A stretch of DNA of 63,086 bases, the filler included, from Globobulimina sp. (lineage: Eukaryota): NCBI GenBank assembly GCA_003354225.1. It is 45 parts of 45 records of this genome, joined end to end, with 100 filler letters (N's around TTAATTAATTAA, not from the genome) between each part and the next. Parts side by side here need not be neighbours in the genome. Positions count along the whole stretch, not along the records: positions 11,241 to 12,545 come from PIVH01019028.1; positions 12,646 to 13,950 come from PIVH01019029.1; positions 14,051 to 15,355 come from PIVH01019030.1; positions 15,456 to 16,760 come from PIVH01019031.1; positions 16,861 to 18,165 come from PIVH01019032.1; positions 18,266 to 19,570 come from PIVH01019033.1; positions 19,671 to 20,975 come from PIVH01019034.1; positions 21,076 to 22,379 come from PIVH01019035.1; 37 more parts are not named here. One strand, given 5' to 3'. The notes under the pieces are model-generated. The model was not told where the DNA came from and ran no database searches. It worked only from the letters and a program-made list of their open reading frames with translations. The translations under genes and the position numbers were made by a program. Of the stretch, positions 11,241 through 22,479 are shown piece after piece; positions within the stretch are counted from its first letter, which is position 1; every line of letters starts with the position of its first letter.

Positions 11241-12545
11241 ACCGTTTATGGGCAATTAAAAGGTGAAATAAGACCAAGTGTGGCTTTATTGGACGGGAAA
11301 TATACTGAATTACAGAGCAAATATGAGGCACTGGCATGTAAATACAGGCAGGTTATTACATACATATTGTATCCAAATTGCTTAATTTTATGTGCAAATA
11401 TTACCATATTTGGACAAATTATATGTAAACAACCAAATGTTTTGCATCATTGACAATAAATAATGAAAAATAACACAACAACGGCAATTCAGTATATATC
11501 ATACAAAAAAATATGAATTTTATTTAAAAAATAGCTGAATTTGCTGCGTGTTGTTGTTATTTCTGATTTTTATTTTTCATCCATGCTATTTTTATATGCA
11601 CAATACCTTAAATCTGTTTTTTTTGTTGTTTGCAATAGATTTTAATAGAAAATGAGGAGAATACGAATCGGTCAAATGCAATGAGAGACGAATATGAATC
11701 TGAAAAAAATGATTTACGCGCGAAATATAATAATAATGACACATTTAATGACTTTGCAACCGACAATGAACGCTTAAAAGACACAAATAATAAATTACAG
11801 CAAGAAATAAATAGTTTAGAAATGCAAATGAAAGAATCCATGAATTTGTATAAAAATATGTTGGAACAAAAAGAAAATGAAAATATAGATTTATGCCGGA
11901 ATTTATATACCGTTTTACACAAAAATGGCTTCTTAAAACCAGCAGAAAATGACGATAACGATACGGATATAATGAATGGTAAATATTTATTATTATCATT
12001 AACGAATTGGATTGAAAGCGAAAAAGAAAAAACTATCAATTTATTATCGCAATATAAGCAACAAATAAATGACGTGAATAATGGCAATCAGTTAAAACAC
12101 AACAAATTTATGCATGAATTGGAAAATAATGAAAATTTGATCAGTTCCATACGAGAATCAAACCGAGCATTGACAGATAAATATAAAAAATTAGAAGCGG
12201 AATGGATCAGTGTCTGCAACGAATTGGATGAAATAACAAATATCAAAAACGAATTAGAGACAGAATGTGATGAATTGAGGTACGTTCATAGCGAAAATAA
12301 TGCATTGTCACCAAACAAAAACAAAAATCTGCGTTGGATTATAAAAAAACGACGATTTTTGTCTCTGTTCTGAATATTATGAGAACATAAACATAATTTA
12401 TGTGTTACTGTACGTTAAGAGAGGAAATTGATTCTCATCAAAATGTATTGGAAGAAACGAGAATATCCACGCAAGAAATGATTGATTTGGAACAAGAACA
12501 AAATGACAAATTACAGCAAGAAATGCGACAAATATCGGACGATAA
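11241..12545 (+). CDS. Coiled-coil protein fragment, introns 11352-11638 and 12280-12419
   Basis: E/K/N/Q-rich heptads; GT-AG introns join three exons in frame. Confidence 0.7.
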
Positions 12546-12645
12546 NNNNNNNNNNNNNNNNNNNNNNNNNNNNNNNNNNNNNNNNNNNNTTAATTAATTA
12601 ANNNNNNNNNNNNNNNNNNNNNNNNNNNNNNNNNNNNNNNNNNNN

Positions 12646-13723
12646 CACTTATTGTTGCTGCAATACAGATTAACTGTCCTTTGTATGCCGTATTTATGGT
12701 TTCTTTAAAGGATTGCATTGAATATACAGTTATACGCATATTGTATGGATGCACACGGATTTGCATATTTATTTTAACTGTACCTGCGATAACAACACAA
12801 TATAATAACAACAAACCATTTTTTGTGATTGAAACTCTTTTAATGATTGCTTTCATTGAGCCATTCTCAAATTGATCATCATCGTAGTGACTCATATTTA
12901 GATTTCGAACCACATCCAACAATGACAATGATTCTGTTTCTTGTTTATGCAATGAACATAGATCATAAATTCCATTTAATTTATCATCCATTTCACAACA
13001 TTTGTTGTAATGTTCGATTAAAAAATGTTTTTCTTTTTGCTGATTGTGTTTATTGTAAATATTCCAGCCATTTGTGATCGATATTGGTATAATAAACGGA
13101 TAGAATCTATTTTTTAGATCTAGCTTCAAATTATTTGCAACATTTATTAGTTTATTTTTTATATTTAAAACATAGCGTTTATAATTTGATAAATTATCCA
13201 AAAATAAATCACATTTATTTAACACAACAAGGATTTTTTTAATATTCAATGCTTTAATAATTAATAATTGTTGCAATACTGAACCCATATAATGCTGTTT
13301 TGGCAATTCTTGAATGCCCTTTATATCAAATTGTTGATTGATATCAATTAATAAAATTGCGATATCATTTAACGCACAGCCAACAATCGCATTTTTTAAA
13401 TAATATTCGTAGCCTGAAATATCAGTTATATTTATAGTTAAGTTATTTTCCGGAAATCTCCAACAATGGAAATGATTATGGATCGTTATTCCTTTTTCTC
13501 TTTCAATATCTGCCCGATCAGAATACCACGCTAGATATGCTTCTTCGCGTTGCACTGCTTGTGCTTGTTTGCGATATTCTAATAATGTGGATCCTGATAC
13601 CATGCCCAACTCATATGCTATACGGCCACATAAGGATGATTTACCTGCATTCACATTACCGATTATTACGGCATTGATAAAATGACAACCATTGCCATCA
13701 CCATTTTCACCAGTCTCTGTCAT
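12646..13723 (-). CDS. Divergent EF1A/eRF3/HBS1-family translational GTPase, 3'-partial
   Basis: GNVNAGKSS, EREKGITI, DISG, NKCD, PISITNGWNI, followed by a domain-II-like beta region. Confidence 0.85.
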
Positions 13724-14051
13724 GCTTTGTCAGCTTAGATTAAAACCACTTAAATACGGGAATCTGCACTCTTTCACAACATTTAATCAGAGATAGCTTT
13801 AATCTCAACGACAAACAAGCCTTGGTCAAACAAATTTTCGTTTTAGATCGAATGAGTGCAAAAAAAAACGCGTACAGAGCGGAAAGGTGTGCGGGTTTAT
13901 CTATTGTAATTTAAATACATATGCATCCGTCGGTGATGTAACACAAAACANNNNNNNNNNNNNNNNNNNNNNNNNNNNNNNNNNNNNNNNNNNNTTAATT
14001 AATTAANNNNNNNNNNNNNNNNNNNNNNNNNNNNNNNNNNNNNNNNNNNNA

Positions 14052-15221
14052 CAGATATGCCCCCACTGTAAACATAAAGCAAATTTTAAACATATACACC
14101 AAGCACTAGACTGCCTAAAAACAATAAAACAAAGAAAACTAATTTTTAATAGTATTATAACAGAAATAGTATTCCTAAGACAGAAATTTAACCAAGACCA
14201 GTACCATAAAACAGATATAATTGACAATACATACTACCAAATGTTCCAAGATATTGCAGTAAGTGGAATAAGCGAAAAAGAGTCACATCAGAGGATAATA
14301 GAAATACTCCTAGGAACATACATAGACCCGGATCTCAAAAAATGAGCGACCATGCAAGTTAAGAAAATGTTGGCATCACACCTATACTTACTAACAACGC
14401 TAAATAAGACTATACCTATACCAACACAGCCCGATGCAATAACAACAATGCAAATAGATAATGAAATAATAAAAATATTTAAGCAAGATATAGAAGCAGG
14501 GAAAATAGTAGTAAGACAAATATACAACAACCAAGCACTATATACCAACATAAGAGATATAATAGAAAAACTGACAATACCAGATTTAGAACACTATAAC
14601 TTAGGAATGTGAGCAGCATCAACAAGAACAAGCAAACAAAAGCAGAAAGCCCAAAACTATGCAAATAATATAATACAACAAATTATAGGAACAATGGTAA
14701 ATGTAGATGGATCTATACACTTACCACATATAAAAAATAAGCCAAACTGTAACCATGGATACGGAGGGTATGGAATAATAATAACTAATGCAGCAACAAA
14801 ACAAACAATCAAAAAAAGAAATGGAACCATTGACACCAATGACCAACAATTAGCAGAGCTAGCAGGAATAAGAGCTGTATTAAAAATAATTAAAAATACC
14901 CAAAAACAACAAAATAATAAAAACTATACAATATTATGTGACTGCAAGAAAGCAATATGCTATATAAAAAGCAGAAACCAATTAAAAGAAAAATATAAAA
15001 AAATAACGCAGGAAATCAAAGAATTATTAACAACCCTAAAAAACAAAAACTACATAATAAAACTATACTGGATACCAGGACACATAGACAATATATGGAA
15101 TGACCTAGCTGACAGCTTAGCAAAAACGGCAGCAAGAAACTACAATAACCAACCACCAGGTAACTGGGCCCCTTTGGGAGCACTCCAAGTGCATCACGGG
15201 CATCCAAGGATGCAGCTTTAA
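14052..15221 (+). mobile_element. Non-LTR retrotransposon 3' region with RNase H domain; two in-frame TGA codons
   Basis: VDGS, AELAGI, CDCKKA, YWIPGH..NDLADSLAK. Upstream CPHC..H..C motif. One frame broken only at 14343 and 14610. Confidence 0.8.
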
Positions 15222-15224
15222 ATT

Positions 15225-15355
15225 ATTATTATTAATTATACTGTATATTGTTTATTATAGTCGCCAGTATGTTTTGTTAGAAATCTAAGCGATTAAATAC
15301 AGTTTTCGTTTTTAACATTATATGAAAAACCTTAAAAATGTTCACTAAGAAACCA
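15225..15355. repeat. Dispersed repeat family B (partial copy)
   Basis: 15273-15355 is a near-identical reverse complement of about 42180-42263. Confidence 0.85.
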
Positions 15356-15455
15356 NNNNNNNNNNNNNNNNNNNNNNNNNNNNNNNNNNNNNNNNNNNNT
15401 TAATTAATTAANNNNNNNNNNNNNNNNNNNNNNNNNNNNNNNNNNNNNNNNNNNN

Positions 15456-16331
15456 GATGAGCGACATGCGAGGGGTGGAATTGGTTTGTCTTTTGATAGA
15501 TCACTGAATACTCGGATTCCTGAGAAACAAGCTTTACATCAATCTACTAATACTGGGAATGATCAACAACCAGGAAGTTCCGGAGCAAGTATAATAGAAG
15601 CAGGACAATTTTTTCAATTACCATCACTCGGAACTCAGAGCCTTGCTATCAAAAAATGGAAATACCATACAATTCCAGAACAGGTACCTGGGAGCCCAAA
15701 ACATTCTAATGCTGCTATTATGGAAGCGGTGTTGATGGAAATTGAAGAAAACATAACGGACTCAGTGAAAAGTGTGCCAACAAATAATGGGAATCGCATT
15801 GACTTTCTATCGAATAGAGCTCAAACAGATCAATCAGATGAAAGTGGAGTTGAACGTAGAGACAGTCGAAGAAATAGCATTGGATCAAATGGAATTCTAC
15901 CGAGATTTGATTGGCTTTGCCTGCCAAGGAAACAACAAGAGGAACGTACACAATTTTTAATAGATAATAATAAAGATTGGCAGACATGTAGCATTGAAGA
16001 AGTGATAGAAAAGAAAGAGCGAGAAGAATTAAATGCAATTAGGAATGAACCCATAAGATATGATGAACCAAGAGAATATAAGGCAGCGAAACTACAGGGC
16101 AGTGACTGCGGACAACGAATGCAACAAAAGAAAGAACGGAGCTTGGAAAGACAGTTGACAGAAGATACAAAACAGAAAGACATTATTGAACAACAACATG
16201 AACAACAACAGTTAATCGAATATGTAAAACCAATGGGACGGGATGTGTTTTTGTTATCTATAGTTTTACGTATTTTTATTATACTCTGGAATGACTCACA
16301 ATTATGGATGTTACATTATATGTATTCGTAA
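15456..16331 (+). CDS. Hypothetical charged/low-complexity protein, partial
   Basis: ORF of about 280 codons; no recognisable domain. Confidence 0.4.
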   Translation, partial: DERHARGGIGLSFDRSLNTRIPEKQALHQSTNTGNDQQPGSSGASIIEAGQFFQLPSLGTQSLAIKKWKYHTIPEQVPGSPKHSNAAIMEAVLMEIEENITDSVKSVPTNNGNRIDFLSNRAQTDQSDESGVERRDSRRNSIGSNGILPRFDWLCLPRKQQEERTQFLIDNNKDWQTCSIEEVIEKKEREELNAIRNEPIRYDEPREYKAAKLQGSDCGQRMQQKKERSLERQLTEDTKQKDIIEQQHEQQQLIEYVKPMGRDVFLLSIVLRIFIILWNDSQLWMLHYMYS

Positions 16332-16747
16332 ATGTTTTATAGTTATTTATAAGCCATTTATTTTTGTCTTTAGTTATGGGTATACTGTATATTAACGTTT
16401 TGTTGGTAAATATTGTGTTATGTAAATACTGTGTTTCAGGTGTCAGTATTTGGTCACATTGATAGTACTTTTGTAATATTTCTATTTTTGGTGCTGTGAA
16501 AGTTTGATATTCCTGATTTTGTAATTTCTGCCTGGATAAATAAATAGTTCGTTAGTATACACACACATTTATAACATTATTACAATTTCCCCATTTTAAA
16601 ATTTCAGTATTCCTTTTTAGCTATGATGTATCAGGAACTGTGTTAGCCAACCAAGAGAGAGGAAAGGATGGTGATTATACATTTTGAGTTTTCAGGATGA
16701 TCAGGATGGGTGACGATAACCGACGACATTATATTATTTTCTTTTAG

Positions 16748-16760
16748 AGATCGGAAGAGC
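16748..16760 (+). other. Illumina adapter remnant
   Basis: Exact AGATCGGAAGAGC at the contig end. Confidence 0.95.
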
Positions 16761-17346
16761 NNNNNNNNNNNNNNNNNNNNNNNNNNNNNNNNNNNNNNNN
16801 NNNNTTAATTAATTAANNNNNNNNNNNNNNNNNNNNNNNNNNNNNNNNNNNNNNNNNNNNAAAGTTTTCGTGAAAAAATTGCATTTTGCTATGCATTTTT
16901 GACAATTTTTGAATCATCTAACATTTTCAGATTTTTTGATTGATCTTGCGCAATACCCAGATTATTGGATTTGAAATGTAGGTCAAATTCTGAGATATTA
17001 TAAATCCAAAATGACAGGCTGTGAACACCTCTAGTGTCAACTTTCAGCAGTGCGATAAATTACAACTACCTACATTCAGAGAGACAACTACAGAGACACA
17101 TTACAGTAATAGAGATAGTATAGAAACTAAAGTACTAAATAACAAAATATAAGTTGATTGCTAAACAATTGCAGATTGCTAAATGGGAATACGGCTAGGC
17201 CAGCCCTCTAATGACATATTGGTAGTCTACCTACTTAATATTATCTTTGAATATCATGAAAACTGTAGCAATTACAACAAATGGACCTATTTTGTATACA
17301 CAGTGTGAAATGGTTATCCTCATTTGTGAAAATATACTAATACTTA

Positions 17347-17960
17347 ATTAAGGGGTGTTGTTCATTACAACAGACACTGTTCTAAAACATAACACAAGAT
17401 ACATAAGATATATAACATCATATCGTAATTTCTTGGCAAAGTAAGATCTGCGCAACAATTTGTCATGAACTCTTCTTTGCTCATTCGGTCACCATAATCC
17501 CACCTAAATTATGTGGTTGTAAGCCTTTATTTCTTCATCACAAATTCAAAAATATCAAACCTCAACTCTTGACCCTTTTTAATACGTTTTGTGGCAACAA
17601 ATACCAAGTGGAAATTACCACGTTGCTTCAGAATATGTAACTGTAAATTTTGACGCTTTCCACAAGCACAATGATTTAATAGATTGCCCTTAGTTGGATT
17701 TTTAGTGCCATCCATGCTACAATGATTATATTGTAAAGCCAGATAAATGTTTGGTACACAGATTTTACCACAGTCTTTCACTACGAAAATATAACATGTA
17801 AGTTTCAGATTTGTATTGATTTGCTCTTTCCTTAGCTTGCTTGGCAGTCAGCAAATCACCTGGATAATCAAGAACAACGCTTCCTTTTGAAATATCGTGT
17901 TGAGAAATAACTCCAACATGGTCTTTACCCATTCTGGGCATGTCACAAATCTTGAAGTAA
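17347..17960 (-). CDS. SET-domain lysine methyltransferase, SET8/PR-Set7-like; introns 17717-17768 and 17504-17560; ends uncertain
   Basis: Spliced translation: GVISQHDISKGSVVLDYPGDLL..YMLYF..CMDGT..GNLLNH..HLVFVATKRIKKGQELRWDYGDR. Confidence 0.8.
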
Positions 17961-18266
17961 TAAATGTCAATGTTTTTGTTATATCAATATTCATTCGATT
18001 TCAGTACGCAGAGTGGCAATAAATAATGAGTGAATTTTTCTGGTTATGAGCCAATTACATGTGGCAAACCAACTACATATTAACATGCAAGTTTAACTAC
18101 GACTCTGCACATGCCATGTAAATTTTTAACTTTGTAACTTTGTGTACTTTGTGTTTGAGTTTGTCNNNNNNNNNNNNNNNNNNNNNNNNNNNNNNNNNNN
18201 NNNNNNNNNTTAATTAATTAANNNNNNNNNNNNNNNNNNNNNNNNNNNNNNNNNNNNNNNNNNNNT

Positions 18267-18575
18267 GTCGAAAGCATTGCCATTTATAATCGGAGAAAGG
18301 ATAAATTTGTTGCTTCCATTGTCTTATCCGACATATTTACAGCACATATTTTGCAATGCATTCATTTCATAAATAATAATCGCAATCGATTGGCAATAAA
18401 TGCATTGAATATCGTCTGTGGCGAATTCGATCGCGAAGAAATCCAACTTTATATCTTGCAAAACCAACAAGCATTTTATGACAAAGGGTGGCAATTAAAA
18501 AGAATCTCTTTTAACAGCGCATTTCATCATGCTTTTAATGTCTGTCATGGCACTTTATCTATTCAGAAATTATAA
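18267..18575 (+). CDS. Hypothetical protein C-terminus
   Basis: Open from contig start to TAA, followed by an AT-rich 3' region. Confidence 0.45.
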   Translation, partial: VESIAIYNRRKDKFVASIVLSDIFTAHILQCIHFINNNRNRLAINALNIVCGEFDREEIQLYILQNQQAFYDKGWQLKRISFNSAFHHAFNVCHGTLSIQKL

Positions 18576-18961
18576 AAACTTAATTATTTTTTTTGTTGAT
18601 GCTAATTTATATTATTTTATGTTAATTTTTTAATTTGTTGTTTTTAATTCCTCTGAACTTCGTTTCAAATTCAGTGTAAAATACAAATAGTTTTTGGTTG
18701 CATAATTTTATACGGTCAGAAAGCACAGCACGGTAAAAATAAATCGAAACAGAGAGGATGCAGATGAGAATAATGCAAATAATCATTTTTTTATCAATTT
18801 ATTTGATACGATTCATTTTTACATCTTTCATTTGCAATCATTGGGACTCAGAGTAATAATCAAAGAAAAAAAAGAAGAAAAAGAAGAAAAAATGAATTAT
18901 TTAGATTGTACCAATTGCGTCCAATGTACGCATTATTTATAATAAAATGTTAAATAATAAT

Positions 18962-19156
18962 AAAATAGGTTAATAATAAAATGTTAAAGGTAACATTTAA
19001 CTTTTTGCTTTTCAGTTTGAAATTACTGTTTTTACTGTAAACTCTTTGAATTTACAGATTATTCAAAATAAAAAAATTGAAAGTCAAAATTGAATTCTTA
19101 AAGGTTGTGTTTCATCGGGAACCATTAACATTTTATTATTAACCTATTTTCCTTCC
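18962..19156. mobile_element. MITE family A, near-complete copy (about 200 bp)
   Basis: Perfect 26-bp inverted repeats at 18962-18987 and 19125-19150. Second copy at 9836-9929. Confidence 0.85.
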
Positions 19157-19726
19157 TATTTTTAAATAATTGCATGATATCGTTTTAATTTTTAAATTTT
19201 CTGTTTTACATAATTCATTGATTGTGGCTTGAATTCTTTTTAATATGTCTTCCCGAGATTTGCAGCGAGATGAATAACCAACGAAAAGGATATATAACGA
19301 ACCGCATACACATTGAGGTATTTTGTTGAACTGTATAATAAGAACTCAAATCACATAACATCTTTGTCGATAAGAACTCAAATCACTGCATTAAAATGCC
19401 ACCATTATTGTCTTTCTGCTGGTGAATGCATTTGAAAGTTTGATATTTCACTATGATTGTTCATTAGATGTCAGGTGTTGTACAAGCTGCATGCATAGAC
19501 TCGAAAAGGTGACTGTTGACAAAACGTGTTAGAATTATTTACCTTATATTGCCATGAGTATATAATTGCANNNNNNNNNNNNNNNNNNNNNNNNNNNNNN
19601 NNNNNNNNNNNNNNTTAATTAATTAANNNNNNNNNNNNNNNNNNNNNNNNNNNNNNNNNNNNNNNNNNNNTATAAATTCCGCATCTAACAATAAAATGAA
19701 GTTGAATATTTATTTGTGATGTTTGT

Positions 19727-19741
19727 TAAAAAAAAAGAAAA
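19727..19741 (-). terminator. Pol III oligo-T terminator after tRNA-Ser
   Basis: TTTTCTTTTTTTTT immediately 3' of the tRNA on the minus strand. Confidence 0.7.
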
Positions 19742-19823
19742 CGACACCAGTGAGATTTGAACTCACGCGGGTAACACCCATTAGATTTCTAATCTAACGC
19801 CTTAACCACTCGGCCATAGTGCC
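19742..19823 (-). tRNA. tRNA-Ser(AGA): tRNA-Ser(AGA)
   Basis: 82-nt cloverleaf GGCACTATGGCCGAGTGGTTAAGGCG; anticodon arm TTAGA-TTAGAAA-TCTAA; long variable arm; GTTCAAATC; G discriminator; T-run downstream. Confidence 0.95.
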
Positions 19824-19831
19824 CGAAAGAG

Positions 19832-19903
19832 TGCGTCATCCGGGAATCGAACCCGGGCCACACCGTTGGCAACGGCGTATTCTAACCACTGAACTAATGA
19901 CGC
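19832..19903 (-). tRNA. tRNA-Gly(GCC): tRNA-Gly(GCC)
   Basis: 72-nt cloverleaf GCGTCAT..ATGACGC-A; anticodon loop TTGCCAA; T arm CCGGG-TTCGATT-CCCGG. Confidence 0.95.
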
Positions 19904-20339
19904 AAATACAACTGATCTCATCTGGTATTCCATTGAAATGCATCTCATATATAAACTACTGCACTTTGCACCGACAACACACATTTTTGTTTGTTAGATT
20001 GTGATATTTGTTGTTTGTTGCTTTACTTAATTGTGGATGGTGACATGGTGGTAATTATTAATGGAAGTTTAATTTGCAAACACCAGATTTTTATAGTTGA
20101 ATGGTTGTAATTTTTGTGTGTTTATGATGGAATTAATACAATTGAATGAGTATAATTAACGAATAATTCAATTAGAGATAATACAAATTTTGTTGGTGAT
20201 TCAAAAGCAGTATGACCACATACTGTGTCTGTTCTTATTAATGTATAAATACAAGCAAATACAAGCAAACACAATCAATACCAATTAGCGACATGACGTG
20301 GAACTTGATTAGATAAAATGACTTGTTTTTTGAAGAAAT

Positions 20340-20975
20340 TTACAAAACATAAACTATTAAGATTGCAATCAATGCCACAAACACAGCAAATCCAACTTGT
20401 ACATAAAACATTTGTTTTTTCAATGCGTCAATTTCTTTGTAGCCATTATCCTTTGCCTCAAAAATAACCATTTTTTCATCCAATATATCATATTTTTTTT
20501 GCAACTCTTTCAGTACCTTTGCTAACTTAATAATATGTCCTTTATCGATATCATGCATTCTTTTCAATGCATTAATCTCTGTTTGAAGCCATTTATAATT
20601 ATCACTGCCTTTCACGCCATCATTGAATTTAATTTCCGATATTTTGGTTATTTGCTGTTTATATTTATCATAAACTTGATTCAAAACACCATCATCCGAA
20701 CAATTCAATATCTCACACCATTCAATTTCATGTCGATCGACAATTATTTGTTTCACCATCAATTTCCAACATTGATCTGTTGGCCATAACGTATTCTCAA
20801 TTTTTACTGTCTCCACAATGACTTTTTTCATTTGATCAAAACTCAGCGCACTGTCTTCAAGATAAATCTTCAAATATTTGATGAAATATAATGCTATTTT
20901 TACAGAATCCCAATTCAAAAACACACCAATCATTGTTATCACTTGTAATGATTGCAATTTTGCGCCAAAATGTTT
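20340..20975 (-). CDS. Coiled-coil, tail-anchored membrane protein, 5'-partial
   Basis: Heptads followed by a terminal TM helix, VGFAVFVALIAILIVYVL. Confidence 0.7.
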   Translation of the reverse strand, partial: KHFGAKLQSLQVITMIGVFLNWDSVKIALYFIKYLKIYLEDSALSFDQMKKVIVETVKIENTLWPTDQCWKLMVKQIIVDRHEIEWCEILNCSDDGVLNQVYDKYKQQITKISEIKFNDGVKGSDNYKWLQTEINALKRMHDIDKGHIIKLAKVLKELQKKYDILDEKMVIFEAKDNGYKEIDALKKQMFYVQVGFAVFVALIAILIVYVL

Positions 20976-21075
20976 NNNNNNNNNNNNNNNNNNNNNNNNN
21001 NNNNNNNNNNNNNNNNNNNTTAATTAATTAANNNNNNNNNNNNNNNNNNNNNNNNNNNNNNNNNNNNNNNNNNNN

Positions 21076-21605
21076 TATAAAAATATAATTTCTTTCTTTT
21101 TGTCCACATGTTTCGATATCATTCCATTTGGCGCTTTATAATATAATGAATTTATATATCTCTCTTTAATGTTTTCATAATCAATATTTAGCAAATTGTA
21201 ATTTAAAAGTCCTTTTTGTTTTAATTTATATATTTCGTCTTTACTTAAGTTTGCAAATTTAATTTGATTGTGTTTATGAATGATAGTGATTATTTTCTTA
21301 AATATTTTGTCAAACATTGGATATGTTTGAGTGTATTTTCTTGTTTCTGATAAATTTAGTCTCATAAAATGGCCATAACGGAAACGATTATTTGTGTGTT
21401 TCATACTTTTTTGAGACTTTGACGTCTTATTTTCTGCAACAGATTCAAATATTACACATTGTTCCTGTGCTGTTAATGCATTTTTAATGACAATTAAATT
21501 TGGCTGATAATCAACAATATTTAACCCATCAAACTCATCAAACATTTCAATAAGCTCTATTAAATAATCAATAGTTGGCAAAAGATTTGATTTTGAGTCT
21601 GACAT
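21076..21605 (-). CDS. Putative AlkB-like 2OG-Fe(II) oxygenase, 3'-partial
   Basis: PNLIVIKNALTAQEQ and INSLYY..GMISKHVD (HxD). Confidence 0.55.
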
Positions 21606-21900
21606 TCTCAACTCAACTAACTGTGATATACGAAGACAATTTGCAACCTGATTTAACACTTTCTTTGTTGCAGAATGTGGGAAACTAAGAGTTTAGATTG
21701 GTTTTCTACTTTAATTCAACATATAGACTGTCATAGTCAACATAGATATTAGATTCTACTGAAGACCATAAGAACAACAATGAGCTGGAAAAGCACAAAC
21801 TAAGCGCTTGAAACAATAACCTAAAATTACTAAAAATATGGAAAAAAGAAAAAAATCAAAATTAAACGCAATTGCAGCAAAGTAGACATTTTCCTTTAAA

Positions 21901-22379
21901 TCATATTGCTTTATCAACAGTAATTTGCGTGATTTCCATAGAATGCCTCGTTACAATTTGCTTTGATGCGTTTCGAATGACAAATAAACTGCATTTCCTA
22001 TGACAACATTTGCACCAAAATGTATAATATCTGGCAGCAAAATGATAATTTAAAAATAATGCAATACAATTAAACACAACTTCCATTGGATAAAATATGC
22101 CGCCTAATACTGCATACAATACATTTTGATTCAGTGTTATTTGAGTGCCACTTTTTAGAATTAATATGATAATAAATGAGATATAGCATAATTGAGTAGT
22201 AATAATGGACAAAGTCGACAATATAAACTGTCTGGTAATGACATCCAATCTTTTCTGGTCCGTAGCGTTGATAGAAGCAAATGCTAAGTCGAGCATGAAG
22301 GAACTCGCTCTTTTCATATCTGGTTTTGGCGTTGGAGTGTCTGCGTCATTCGTGTCGACGTCCTCAGACATTGTCGTTT
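21901..22379 (-). CDS. 7TM/GPCR-like protein C-terminus
   Basis: Last two TM helices followed by a Cys-rich tail, YYTFWCKCCHRKC. Confidence 0.65.
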
Positions 22380-22479
22380 NNNNNNNNNNNNNNNNNNNNN
22401 NNNNNNNNNNNNNNNNNNNNNNNTTAATTAATTAANNNNNNNNNNNNNNNNNNNNNNNNNNNNNNNNNNNNNNNNNNNN

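Noticed and set aside
19336-19388. Direct repeat ATAAGAACTCAAATCAC x2
   Set aside because: Only two copies; a local duplication with no array or associated genes.
19802-20004. Short ORFs 19802-19984 and 19819-20004
   Set aside because: They overlap the tRNA genes; spurious.
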